A stretch of 64,000 bases of DNA from NCBI GenBank assembly GCA_964247055.1, contig OZ176059.1:1302001-1366000 (forward strand), given 5' to 3'. The position numbers and the translations under genes were made by a program. This document shows positions 1-11,715 of this stretch, piece by piece (the first letter of the stretch is position 1; every line of letters starts with the position of its first letter). The notes under the pieces were generated by a model that saw nothing but the letters and a program-made list of their open reading frames with translations, did no database searches and was not told the DNA's origin. The DNA comes from Paragordius varius. Its lineage: Eukaryota > Animalia > Nematomorpha.

Positions 1-1260
1 CTCTTTAACAATTATATAGGTGACATGTATGTTTCCTTCTTAACATAGTTTATGAAATAAATTTAATTATACAGTTTTTGACCATTATAAATGCTTTCCA
101 CTTATATTTTATACTGTTTTTTTTTGGTAAAATTCTGCGAAATGTTCTTATTTTCGAGAATTGCTAATTTCTACTACCTATCCTTTTATTTTTATTTGTT
201 CAAATAAAATCAAATGGCAAGCAAATTTATATTTGTTCGATTTCAATATATTTAGCTAATAAAACGTCCCATATATAATAATTTGTGAAAAAAACATTTC
301 CTACTTGAAATAAATTTAATTTTTTTTTATAATATAAAATTGATCCCGTTAAATTTTTCAAAAAGTATATTCGGCCTCTATTATACGTGTATAATTAAAA
401 TACTTAATTGTATTTTATTTACAAAACGAAAACATATTCAAATTTTTATTTTTAGACTCAATTAATTTTGCGACTACCACCTAACTTATTCAATCAAATT
501 CAATATAAATTGCTTTTATTCAGTACAATATTTACATGATATCCGTATTTAACAAGTAAAAATTTCATTATTTTTGTTTTGTTTAAAATCCGTAGAATGT
601 GAATCCTTTTAATTTATGATTCTTTTTTTAGTTCACATTTAATCTCTTAGCCTCATTTTGAAATACAAATTGTGAGCTAGTTGAATATTCCATGTCTTGT
701 AATCTTTATGATTGTAGCATTAGCTATTGAAAGTAACATATATATTTTCAAAGAATTCGTATTTTCATTCTATATTATACGGCTAATCTAAACAGAGTTA
801 TTAATTTTGCACTTAAAAATTTATGGAGCCATATTTAAATTTGTCCAATTTGTCTTTTTCGGTTTTTAGGCTAAAACAATAAAATCAAGATTTTTTTAAC
901 ATTTAATGCGTTTATGTTACTCTTATTTTTAAATTGATTTGATAATATATTTTAATCAAGTTAAACATAAGTTTGTGGACCATCTCAATTTTTATCAGAA
1001 GCGTTTGTATTTACGTGTTAATACATTGGGTTTTTTGTTCAATACAATTTAACATTCTTGTCGCTTTTTATTGATTATGGCGGAAATGTGGACAATTATA
1101 TATTTAATCTATATGTCACATGTTGTTTAAATAATTCTGCGTTATTTGAGTTTACCGTTAAAACAAAGAAAGATTCTTACGCTTTAACTATTTTATTTAA
1201 TCTTGGACATATTTTTATTGATACAGTCAATGAATTAAACAATATTTAAAGAAATGACTG

Positions 1261-1527
1261 TTAGGAGTAAAGAACTGAATATTAGTGAAAATAAAAAAAA
1301 ACAAAGGGCCATAAAATAATTATTTTTTACTATTAGTGAAAGAAAAAAAGAAAAGTAAGGGCATTTATTGAGTATGTAATACCATACTACTACGTAATAA
1401 TCTTTCCTTTTTTTTCACTAATATTAAATAATAATTATTATTTAATGGGTATTGTATTGCTTACTCGTGCACCATGGCCCTTTGTTTCTTTTTTTATTTT
1501 CACTAATATTCATTTTCTTACTCCTAA
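1261..1527. mobile_element. Fold-back/MITE-like element (~270 bp), unclassified
   Basis: ~50-bp imperfect TIRs: ttaggagtaaagaactgaatattagtgaaaataaaaaaaaacaaagggccat (1261-1312) vs atggccctttgtttcttttttttattttcactaatattcattttcttactcctaa (~1474-1527), plus an inner inverted pair of the tattagtgaaa motif. No TSD identified. Confidence 0.65.
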
Positions 1528-2781
1528 TATTAATTTCATTACTACAAATATTTTGTTATTTAATCCACTGTACTTTCGGTTGACGCACTTCTTGTCTAAA
1601 TCATATGAGTAAAAATTTTGTGAAATGTCCAAAATAAAAATTTTTTATATGGTGCGATGACACCAATATATTTTATTTAAACACACAAAGGGTTATTTAC
1701 AATCTATATGTTTTAAAGGGTGATCTCGATATATTATTTTTAACTAAATCCGTACGGTTGGATTATTTTGTAAATAATACTATTATTAATAAAAGTTTAA
1801 CAATATTATAAGCATTGCTAAAATGGGCTAAGTTTCAATAGTTTTTACATTTTAATATATCTCAATTCTGTATATGAAATATTTTAAGAAAATATCCTAA
1901 TTTTTTGGCTACTTTAGATTTATAAACTTGTATAATTGTTACATTTATTATTGTTAAACTTCTCTCGTTTTTTTTCGTTAGAAATGTATTTTAAAGCGAT
2001 TTTAGCATTTTAAATATAAATATTGCCATTTTAGGATTTTTATTAATTTTACTTTCTCTATTTTCAGTAAACATACATAGATGTCTGCATTAACGCGCAA
2101 ATTTTTAGTAGGGTTTATCAGCCATTTTATTCTTTGATTAAAAACCTCATTCCCATTTCATTGCGTTTGTCATTAAATTGGATTATAATTTTATTTGGTT
2201 ATCATAGATATCTCCTCATTTTAACGATTATTGATTAAGTTTAAAAGGTTAGTACAGAACGGTAATTAAATTGTTAAACAAAGAGTGTATTTTAAAACAC
2301 AAACGGGGAAATAAAAATTAATAAGATTTTTTTAGATTATAGAAATATATCCGAAAAGCATGTATCTAAATGCAATCGTTTTTAACGTTTAATAGTGGGA
2401 ATTTTTACCACAATAAAAAAAGGCAGACCATGTGGAATCGATATATTTTCAGATTTTTATCATCTTTTGACTTTTTTTGAGTGCCTTTCCAAAATAAATT
2501 TTCTCATATGGTCTATATCTTATAATAGTTTCATTGTAGTTTTTTATATAATAATTTTTGGTTTTAGATTAACATAACATTAAACTAATCAAAATAATTT
2601 TGGAATTAATATAAAAATATAAATATCAAATAGATCGCAAAGAATTTAGTAGTATCATCGAAAGAGCGCAAAAAACTGAATATGTAAAATGATATCAAGT
2701 TATATTTTAATATTAGAATCTGTGTATAAAGATTCAAATTTTGACTAAATATTTTATAGATCCTACACGATGTTTTTTTAA

Positions 2782-3362
2782 CACTTCGATTCAAATTGGG
2801 GTATCTAAATACCCCAGACTTAATTTAAATTAATGTTTTTATAAAACTACTGAAGGAAACGGTCCCAATTTAAATTTATGCTTCTATCCTGATAAATATT
2901 ATATAAATATGCCAAAATATCTTGATAAAATTTTGTTTTGAAAAAAAGCTCCATCTCAAACTACTTCGACGCCATTTTTATTTTACAAAATTTTTGCAAA
3001 ATTTCGTCTTCAAGTAATTTTAAGTGTAAAACTAAAGCTAATTTTTTATATAAATTACATCTAACATTGATAGAAATAGAAAAAGCGGTTTAGTTTGTAT
3101 AATTTTTCAATTTTACAATTTGACACATGTCACGTTGACGAAATTTTTACCTTTCGGTTTTAGCTTAAAATAAGTAATATCAAGTATTTTTGAATAAATT
3201 TTTTTATATATTTCGGTTTATTAATGTTATATAAGTGCAAAATTCTGCCATGGTTTATATTCCTTCCATACTTTTTGAAGTATTTGATTTTAAAAAGGCC
3301 TGGGGTATCCAACTACCCCAATTTGAATCGAAGGACTAAAATGAGTGTGTTGTATCAAGTAG
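2782..3362. mobile_element. piggyBac-like non-autonomous MITE, family P1, copy 1
   Basis: Starts TTAA|CACTTCGATTCAAATTGGGGTA. The other end has TACCCCAATTTGAATCGAAGGAC, a ~25-nt spacer and a degenerate terminal gtatcaagt. Asymmetric ends with an internal repeat are the architecture described for piggyBac. Interior is homologous to the copies at 33575, 34104 and ~35160. Confidence 0.75.
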
Positions 3363-3472
3363 TTGCATAAATTATTTAGAGTTGCATTAATAACATAAGA
3401 AAAATCTTTGAATATGATTTTGTTTTTTTTTTCATTTATAAATTTTTATTTTAAAAATTATAATCGCTAAAT

Positions 3473-5846
3473 CAGGGCTACAAATTTTTGTAATTCCCGA
3501 CCCCATTTATGATTGCGAATAATGACCCCATATTTTTTATAATATATTTATTATAGGTAACAATATACATATGCCTAAATATAAAAATAGAATTCGTTTT
3601 GAAACATCTAAAATTGAAATTTGCACAAAATGTTATGGAAATATTTTTATTATAGTTTCAAAAACAAAAGTGGATTTTGATTGTCTTAATTATCTCGAAT
3701 ATTTCCAAATAGTTGCGTGGTAAATATTAAATTAAGTTTACTGTAAAAATTTAGATGAATGTACCTGTTTTTTTATTGCATAACAAATCAAATTTTGGTG
3801 TGATGTTTAAAATTGCTAGGCGTAAGACCTTTTCAACATTTTTTATCGCTGAACGATATTGGAATTTAATGTGTGTTGAAGCTGAGAAATAAAGTAACTT
3901 CACATAAATATGTGGTGTTGAATGGCAGAAGTACATACGCCATATCGGTGATTGTAGGAAATTTAGTTCTAGTTCCAATCCAGAATTCAGTCAAGGGCTT
4001 TTTTGGAATTGTATTTTTAAATTACTCAGCATATTTCTCTTGTAAGTGCAGATGATCAATCTCACTTAAGCCAATTTTATAATTCAAACTATTTTTTGTA
4101 AATCAATATTTAATATAAAATATGTCCGGAACTGTATTTCCAGCGCTTTTAAGGGATCTACATAGTTTTTGTAATAAAAGTTTTAGATTGAATTTTCTCA
4201 ATTACAAAATTGTCGATACTGGAAAACATTTACAACAAATTATTTTTGACTCTACCTTTCCTAATGCTGCTCTTTTTAATAAAACTTTCAATTTTATCAT
4301 TTGAAGTAAATATATCGCATTTTTTCCTCGAAGAGACAAGTTAGGATCGTTTAACTTCCCAAATATCTGACAAATAACACAGCTTGGATAGTCACAAGTT
4401 ATTTTGAACAAAATCAGCAAAATCACATTTTCGTTCAGTTAAAAATATTTCGATCTCGTCTTTTAATAATAAAAATCTTTTTAAACTTTGACATCTCTCT
4501 TGACAACCATCTTACTTCTGCATGTAATAACAAAGTTGTGTAGTTGGAATCCGTATCCTTACAGAGATTTGAAAATAAGTGACTGTTAAGGACATGGCTC
4601 TAAATAAAATTATGACCTTAACATCAGCATCCTGAAGCACATCGTTCGATTCTGGTGCTAATTTTTTTGCTCTGTAAGAGCCTCTCGGTGAATAAGGCAA
4701 TGAGTAAAAGTTATATGATCATAATGAGCAGCTTGAAAAAAAAAGATTTAAAACCAATATATTTGCCCCTGATCGCTCTTGCACCATCTGTGGATATTTT
4801 ACAGCAGTTTTTCCATGCTAAACCTTCTGCTTTTCAAAATTCGTCAACTTTACCATATATGTCTTTTCCTGTAGTATGGTCGTCCATAGGACAGCAAAAT
4901 AACCATTCTTCCTCCACGCTTTCTTTATAAACGTACCTGAATTTAGTAATGTGAGTTGTTTCGTCCAACTGAAGCGAAATTTTGGGCTTTCTTTATACCT
5001 GTCATAAGTTGTATTAATTGATCCTTGTTAATAACAGAAATTCTTTTCGGGACAGTGTCGTTACACAAAGGAATTTTTCAAATATCATCGCCATATTTTC
5101 ATCCATGTAGCAATTCTACCATTTCAATAGCAGGTAACACAAGATTTTGTCCAATGGTGAACGGCTTTGTATTTTTAGCAATACAGTATGAAACTATAAA
5201 TATTTTTCATTAACAATTATAAATTTTTCGATGTTTTTCTTTTTTTATTTAAAGATATACACAGTCTTTCAATATATATACTTTATGCTTTGATTCTCAA
5301 TATGTCTTTTCAATTTTGATTGTTTCCCATTCTTCGAAGCCAATAATTTAATGCATCATATCAAACAAAGAGGTTGTTCACCCTTACTTTGAATAGAGCC
5401 AAATTGAAGGAAAAGCTCATCATAATTTCTTTTTCACACCTATAGATGTCTCTTCCAATACTTTGTCCGTTTGAGAGTTTGTTGGATTATCATCTGTGTC
5501 ATTACCATTCTTATTTATGTTTAGCCATTTAAATTATTTTTATCCTAAAATATACGATAAATATATAAAAATAATATATATTGGTAAATTATATTTAATT
5601 TTTAATTACCAAATAAATAAAAAAAAACTGAAATTCTGTTACAGCAGACACTGACAAATACAACACCAGAAAAGCATCAACACACCACTAATATAATTGG
5701 TTTTTTTAAAAAGACGTTCCAGAGACAATCTTTTCTATAACCTAATTAAAACACTTGAAATAACATAGCTATGTTGTCTTTCATTCTGTATTTTTATCAC
5801 TCACGACCCCAAATGGGATCGCAACCCATAGTTTAATATGCCCTCG
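3473..5846 (-). mobile_element. Full-length decayed hAT (Buster/ZBED5-like) DNA transposon
   Basis: 3' TIR cagggctacaaatttttgtaattcccgacccc at 3473. 5' end on the minus strand (cgagggcatattaaactatgggttgcgatcccatttggggtcg) at ~5800-5846. Frameshifted transposase between them. No matching 8-bp TSD remains. Confidence 0.85.
3760..5530 (-). pseudogene. Buster-type hAT transposase pseudogene (left copy)
   Basis: Manual minus-strand translation across frameshifts gives a BED-finger-like N-terminus (LQFG...PLCLIC...SKLKRH), QLDETTHIT, TDG, and PLTEFW...LLPFNTTYLCE...KYRSAIKNVEKVLRLAI...PKFDLLCNKK. These match recalled Buster/ZBED5 motifs. Multiple stops and frameshifts. Confidence 0.85.
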
Positions 5847-5904
5847 TTTATAGTAAATATATCGCAAATTTTTCCTTTAAAAGACAAGTTAAGATCAATA
5901 AACC

Positions 5905-7601
5905 TAAAGAATATTTTGAAAGACTGTGTATATCTTCAAATAAAGAAATGAAGAAAATCGAAAAATAACCGTTAATGAAAACTATTTACTAGCATCATAT
6001 GAAGTTTCATACTGTATTGCTAAAAATACAAAGCCGTTCACCACTGGAGAAAATCTTGTGTTACCTGCTGCTATTAAAATGGTAGAAATGCTACATGGAA
6101 GAAAATATGGCGAGGATAATCGAAAATTTTTTTGTCGAACGAAACTGTCTCGTATACAATTTCCTATATTAACAAGGATCAATTAATACAACCTATGACA
6201 GGAATTAAAGAAAGCCCAAAATTTTCGCCTAAGTTGGACGAAACAAATCATATTACTAAATTCAGGTACGTTTATAAAGAAAGCGTGGAGGAAGAATGGT
6301 TATTTTGTTGTCCTATGGAAAACCATAATACAGGAAAAGACATATATCGTAAAGTTGACGAATTTGTAAAAGCAAAAGGTTTAGAATGGTAAAATTGCTG
6401 TGGAATATGCACTGATGGTACAACAGCGATGACGGGCAAATATATTGGTTTTAAATCATTTTTTCAAGCTGCTCATTATGATCATATAACTTATAATCAT
6501 TGCCTTATTCACCGAGAGGCTCTTGCAGCAAAAAAATCAGCACCAGAATCGAAAGATGTGCTTCAGGATGCTGTTAATTTGAGCCATGTCCTTAACAGTC
6601 ACTTATTTACAAATCTCTGTAAGGATACGGATTCCAACTACACAACTTTGTTATTACTTGCAGAAGTAAGATGGTTCTCAAGAGGTCAAAGTTTAAAAAG
6701 ATTATTGTTATTAAAGGACGAGATCGAAATATTTTTAACTAAATGAAAATGTGATTTTGCTGATTTTGTTCAAAATAACTTGTGGCTATCCAAGCTGTGT
6801 TATTTGTCAGATATTTTTGCGAAGTTAAATGAAACTTTTCTATTTAAGAAAAAATTGCGATATATTTATTAATGATAAAATTGAAAGTTTTATTAAAAAG
6901 ATCAGCATTTGGAAAAGTAGGGTCGAAAAAAAATCGTTTAAAATGTTTTTTCACTGTCGACAATTTTGTTATTGAGAAAAATCATTGTAAAACTTTTATT
7001 GCAAGAACTATTGTAGATCACTTAAAAGCGCTAGAAATACAATTCATATATATTAAATATTGATTTACAAAAAAATAGTTTGTATTTTAGCCGTTTTATT
7101 GGCTTAAGTGAGACTGATCATCTGCCATTTAAATCTCAAGAGGAATTTGCTGATCTTTCGTATGACTTAAAAACTACAATTCCAAAAAAAGCCCTTGATT
7201 GAATTCTGGTAAACTGAATTTCCCACAATCGTCGATATGGCTTTAAATATAATTCTGCCATTCAATTTCCACATATTTATGTTCTCACCTTAAACACAAT
7301 ACGACGTGCACTTTAATATCATTTTTACCACCTAATTACTCGGATATATTCGAGAGAATTCAGACCATCAAATTCACTTTTGTTTTTGAAACTATAATAA
7401 AACATTTATATAACATATTGTGCAAATTTAATTTTACATTTTTATGAGTTTCCAAACGAATTTTAAATTTATTTACTGTCATATACGTATGTAATTGTTA
7501 CCTTAAAAATACATCTAAAATATCTTTTATATTTGTTGGGGTCGTTAAGAAACTCGCAATTATAAATGGGGTCGGAAATTACAAACGTTTTCGAAGCCCT
7601 G
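5905..7601 (+). mobile_element. 5'-truncated decayed hAT (Buster-type) copy of the same family, with transposase pseudogene
   Basis: ORF fragments 6132-7063 contain LDETNHIT, CTDG, HCLIHREALAAKK and LLAEVRW (hAT D, D, CxxH and RW motifs). Ends with 3' TIR ...ggggtcggaaattacaaacgttttcgaagccctg at 7601. It is the reverse-complement homolog of 3473-5250. Confidence 0.85.
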
Positions 7602-9254
7602 AGAAATGAAAATAACACGAAAGTTTATATAGTTTCTTCGAAATAACACTTAGAAATATTGTTGATCATATTTATCAGGATTATTTCATTTTTAGGGGAT
7701 TGACAAAAATAAATCTACATTTTTTTATTAATTTCTGTAAGATTATTTGATTATAGTAAATTTATACAAGATATTATAATGATCGGAATAGAAATGCTGG
7801 TATTAACATTCTTTCCGAACCAAAAAATTTTATGATATATTTATCTACAATGATTGTTATTTTTCTTTATAACAATAATTTTACAAGTTTAAAAACAGAT
7901 ACCAAAATACTTTAATATAACTGCAAGTTTATTGCCACGGTTATAAGAAATTATAAATGCCTAAAAATTTAATTTTTGATTGGAATTTTTATTTTTGAGA
8001 GGTAGGTGGTTTTAAAAAATCAAAAAAATTAGTTGGTTACGGACAATAAAAAACCAATAAGCGTTTTTAATAAATATGTTAAAGGTTTGATGAACATTTT
8101 TTTGTTTATATACATAGTTTCGCTTCATTAATTAGTAAAAATATAATCATGGACAAAAAAATACCTCTTTGATTAATTTTCGGCTTTAAATCTCTCTTAT
8201 TAACCTAACATGTATTTTTAGTTATCTTTCAAACCATATATTATAGTTGGGCATTTGTCGTGTATAGTTTTTTTGTAAAAAATCATTTTTAGTACTATTT
8301 TGATAATGAGGGCACATTTATATACAAAATCAAGTTTTCAAAAAAATTCATGACATTAGTTTACAATTTTAAGTTAGATTTATTATAATATAATCAGAAA
8401 ATGCAAAAAACTCGATTGCCATAAATGTTTTATATTTAGTCCTGAAATGAAAATAATTTACATTTTTAAATGACGCTACTATAATCCAAACTTAAATGCG
8501 AAAACCTGGTTGGCTAATCTATAAAAAAAATTTGCGCTAAGAAGGACAAATATTACGTATGAATCGAAGGACACATATTTGATATTTCCAACTTCTTAAG
8601 TTATTGGGTGAATTTTAGTATTACATCATTTAATGTGTATTTTTATGTTATACAATTAAGCTATGTAGGCAAAAAATGTTATAATATAACATAACATGTA
8701 AATGTTGCATCAACCTTGAATGATAACTTACATGTATTATTGCCCTCTAAGTTGACACTTATTATCATAGGGTATGTTAAATTGAGATAAAATATATATA
8801 AATAGGTGTCATTTTATTACCGGACATCACAATGGGTAGATGTTAAATATAGCATTATAATCTTAATAGGCTTTAAGTAAAGTATTTGTTTTAAGTAACT
8901 CAAACGCTAGGCCTTATCATTAGTGGATTTTATTTGTTTTTCTTGCCTATAAATTGTATGTAAGTTTTTTTAATTTTACTATTATTCACCTTTATTCATC
9001 AATTAAATATCATATGTAGCGAATACTGTATATTCATTGTATAATTTATATTTCTTAAATTTCTGCGTATCGCTTGTTTTGCTAAAAAAACGTTTTTTAT
9101 ATTTTTTTAGAATGTTTATCAATAGTTAGTTGATTATTTGTTTTTACACCCTTTAATAATAAAGTTTGTTTGGCAAATTTCGACTCTCTTGTTTTTTGCC
9201 AATGTTGTTAACACTTGTTATTGTGCTTTACACATTTTTAACTTTATACCAGTG

Positions 9255-9330
9255 GTACTCACGCAAAAATTTTAAAGGGCCCTAAAAAAATATTCATCTT
9301 GTCTCAAGGAGCCACCCACCATATAACATT
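9255..9330. repeat. Dispersed repeat fragment (second copy inverted at ~54575-54640)
   Basis: aaaattttaaagggccctaaaaaaatattcatcttgtctcaaggagccacccaccatataa matches the reverse complement of ttacatagtgggtggcccttgagacaagataagtaatttttgcggccctttaagaatttt. Confidence 0.55.
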
Positions 9331-10684
9331 CATAAAAATTCTTAGCTGAGTTTGAAATATTTTTTGAGGACTACATGAAGCCCATGGGCCACGGTGTTAA
9401 TACCATTGCTCTAGACTTTTATATCTTTTAAATTTTATTATAAACAACTAGATTTGCGTGCGTGTGTGTGTGTGTGTGTCGTACGTATATTAAATTGCAT
9501 ATGCTCTCGTGTCATATAAAACATACATTTTCGTTTGTCAATATTTGAACAATTTGTATCAGTCCCACACATATATGTATATATTTAAATGTAGATAATA
9601 CTCTTAAGTATAAGCCGGACGCGGTAAAAACAAATAAAATATGATGGATGAATTATTATATTTTTTTTTGTAAATTTTGTTCCATAATTTTGTAATTCCA
9701 AAGTACATTCATATCTCATTGAATATTCTCAAAAGATGGTAATAAAAATAACATATTTTTGTAATAACTGATTAAAATTTTTATTAATAATGAGGAGTTT
9801 ACTTTTTATCTACCACAGTTGTATTATAACTTTACTACTCAATGAATTATTTAAATATTATATTCTGATTTTCAAACAAAATAAATGATTAATTTTATTA
9901 AATACTAAATATTTTATTTACTGTTTTATTATACTTTTCCAATTAGCATATATGCAAAAGTTAATTTAACCTTTTCATTCTCGATTCTATTTTTATATGA
10001 GATATCAAGTTTTAGACCTGCGGTCTGTTAGTTTACGACTAAAAGCTTTAATTTTATTAATTAAGTGACACGACCCGTTACCTATATATTTATACAGGCA
10101 TGTATGATCAAATAATCAAATACATGTCTACCCTAACATAAAATATAATATTTTAATTTACTGTTTTAAATATGGACATTTACATTTGAAGGTATCTGCC
10201 ATTACCCAATTATTATTCCTCAAAAATTTGATATGAATTTAGATATAATTTTTTTTTATTAAATATACCTTTCAATAAACCGCTTACGTTTGAAACACCA
10301 ATTAATCATTAAAATAAAATGAACCTTGATCGTTTTGATGTAGTTATGATTCCAATTTAATATGTCATCATGGCATCAATGATTAATTTAGCGATTTGAC
10401 CAGTTATATATTTCGACCGATTTTAAACCCTAGTTTATAATGTTTTTTATTACTGTAAAAAAATACATTTATAAGTGTGCCATAACTTTACGCTATATTT
10501 CCAAAACGTGGCAAATCTTTTTTCGATGAGACATGGAAAGCTCCTTTAATATTATTATATATTAATAATACTTGGTTCATGTCATTTTAAACTTAACACC
10601 TTGTTGTGTAATCAAATGTAATGTAGCTCTTTTGATTATTATATTCGTCTGCCTTTTATTTTGTAATGATAAGTAGCTTTTGAA

Positions 10685-11204
10685 CATTTCATGACCTTTT
10701 TATTTTTTTGCCTTAGTTGACATATTGGGTGTTTTTTATAGGCTTAATTTTGTAAATAAACTAGTGTTTTGAATATTTTATTTTAAATTTAATTGTCAAA
10801 CATTTGTTATGTATCAGATAAAAAACTTATTTTTACAGTTTTATGACCTCTAGAGTCAAAAATGAAACAGCTCCAAAACAACTGATGTTAAAATCTAAAT
10901 ATCAAGTTTTTGCTGGTAAATTGTATCCTTAAAACTTTTCATAGTTAATTATTCATATTTTCTTATCAAAATATACATTTAGTCTGTTGCATTAGCGATT
11001 TAAAAAAAATTTCGAAAAAATGGCGGCCAAAAAGTTTGAGATGAGGATTTTTAAATTTTTTTTTAAAATAACAATTTATATAATGCGCCCAAAAGGTTAA
11101 AAAAACATATTTTTAAATTCGGCTTAATACCTTAAATTCTTTTTAGATGTTCAAATTTCAAATCGCTCGGTGATATAAAAACAACCCCAAAAAGTCATGA
11201 AGTG
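10685..11204. mobile_element. piggyBac-like MITE, family P2 (related to P1)
   Basis: ~17-bp TIRs catttcatgaccttttt / aaaaagtcatgaagtg flanked by TGAA/TTCA (TTAA variants). Interior shares AAAATGGCGGC...TTTGAGATG with P1. Homologous copy at ~37205-37560. Confidence 0.6.
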
Positions 11205-11715
11205 TTCAACAAGGAGCTTGATGGAATTTGAATTTTTACAAAAAAATATTTTTTTAGTAAATTAACTTGTTTCTTGAATTATATAGCGCAAGATAACCAA
11301 AATTATTATTTCTGTTTAATATTTCAATGAATAATAAGCGACCACCAATTATTCAAAACACAAAAAAACTAGCTTAATAACGATTAATAAGCATTATTTA
11401 TATAAAGATCAAAATTTTTCCATAATATATGATTTTGTTTTAACTGACCTAATTTAATTGCAAATAATTTGCTATTAAACGTTATTAATTTCATTGATGC
11501 CAAAGCTTGGCGAATTAGAAATATCATTGGTAAAATTTGCATGATAATGCATAAATAACACTATATTGAATTTAGTTGTATTTTATGTCATGCCATAAAA
11601 TACATGTAATATTCGTTTTTATTGAGTCATTTACTTATATAGTTTGAACGATATAGGTAGTTCAAATTTTTAATTAGTTTTCCTAATTGTTATATTATTT
11701 TCACAGTTATAATAT

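Noticed and set aside
1058-2794. Short ORFs at 1058, 2395 and 2606
   Set aside because: Low-complexity AT-rich frames at the length threshold, with no splice-consistent partners or motifs.
3465-7609. Treating 3473-7601 as one newly transposed composite element
   Set aside because: The flanking 8-mers differ (cgctaaat vs agaaatga), so there is no TSD evidence that the unit moved as a whole.
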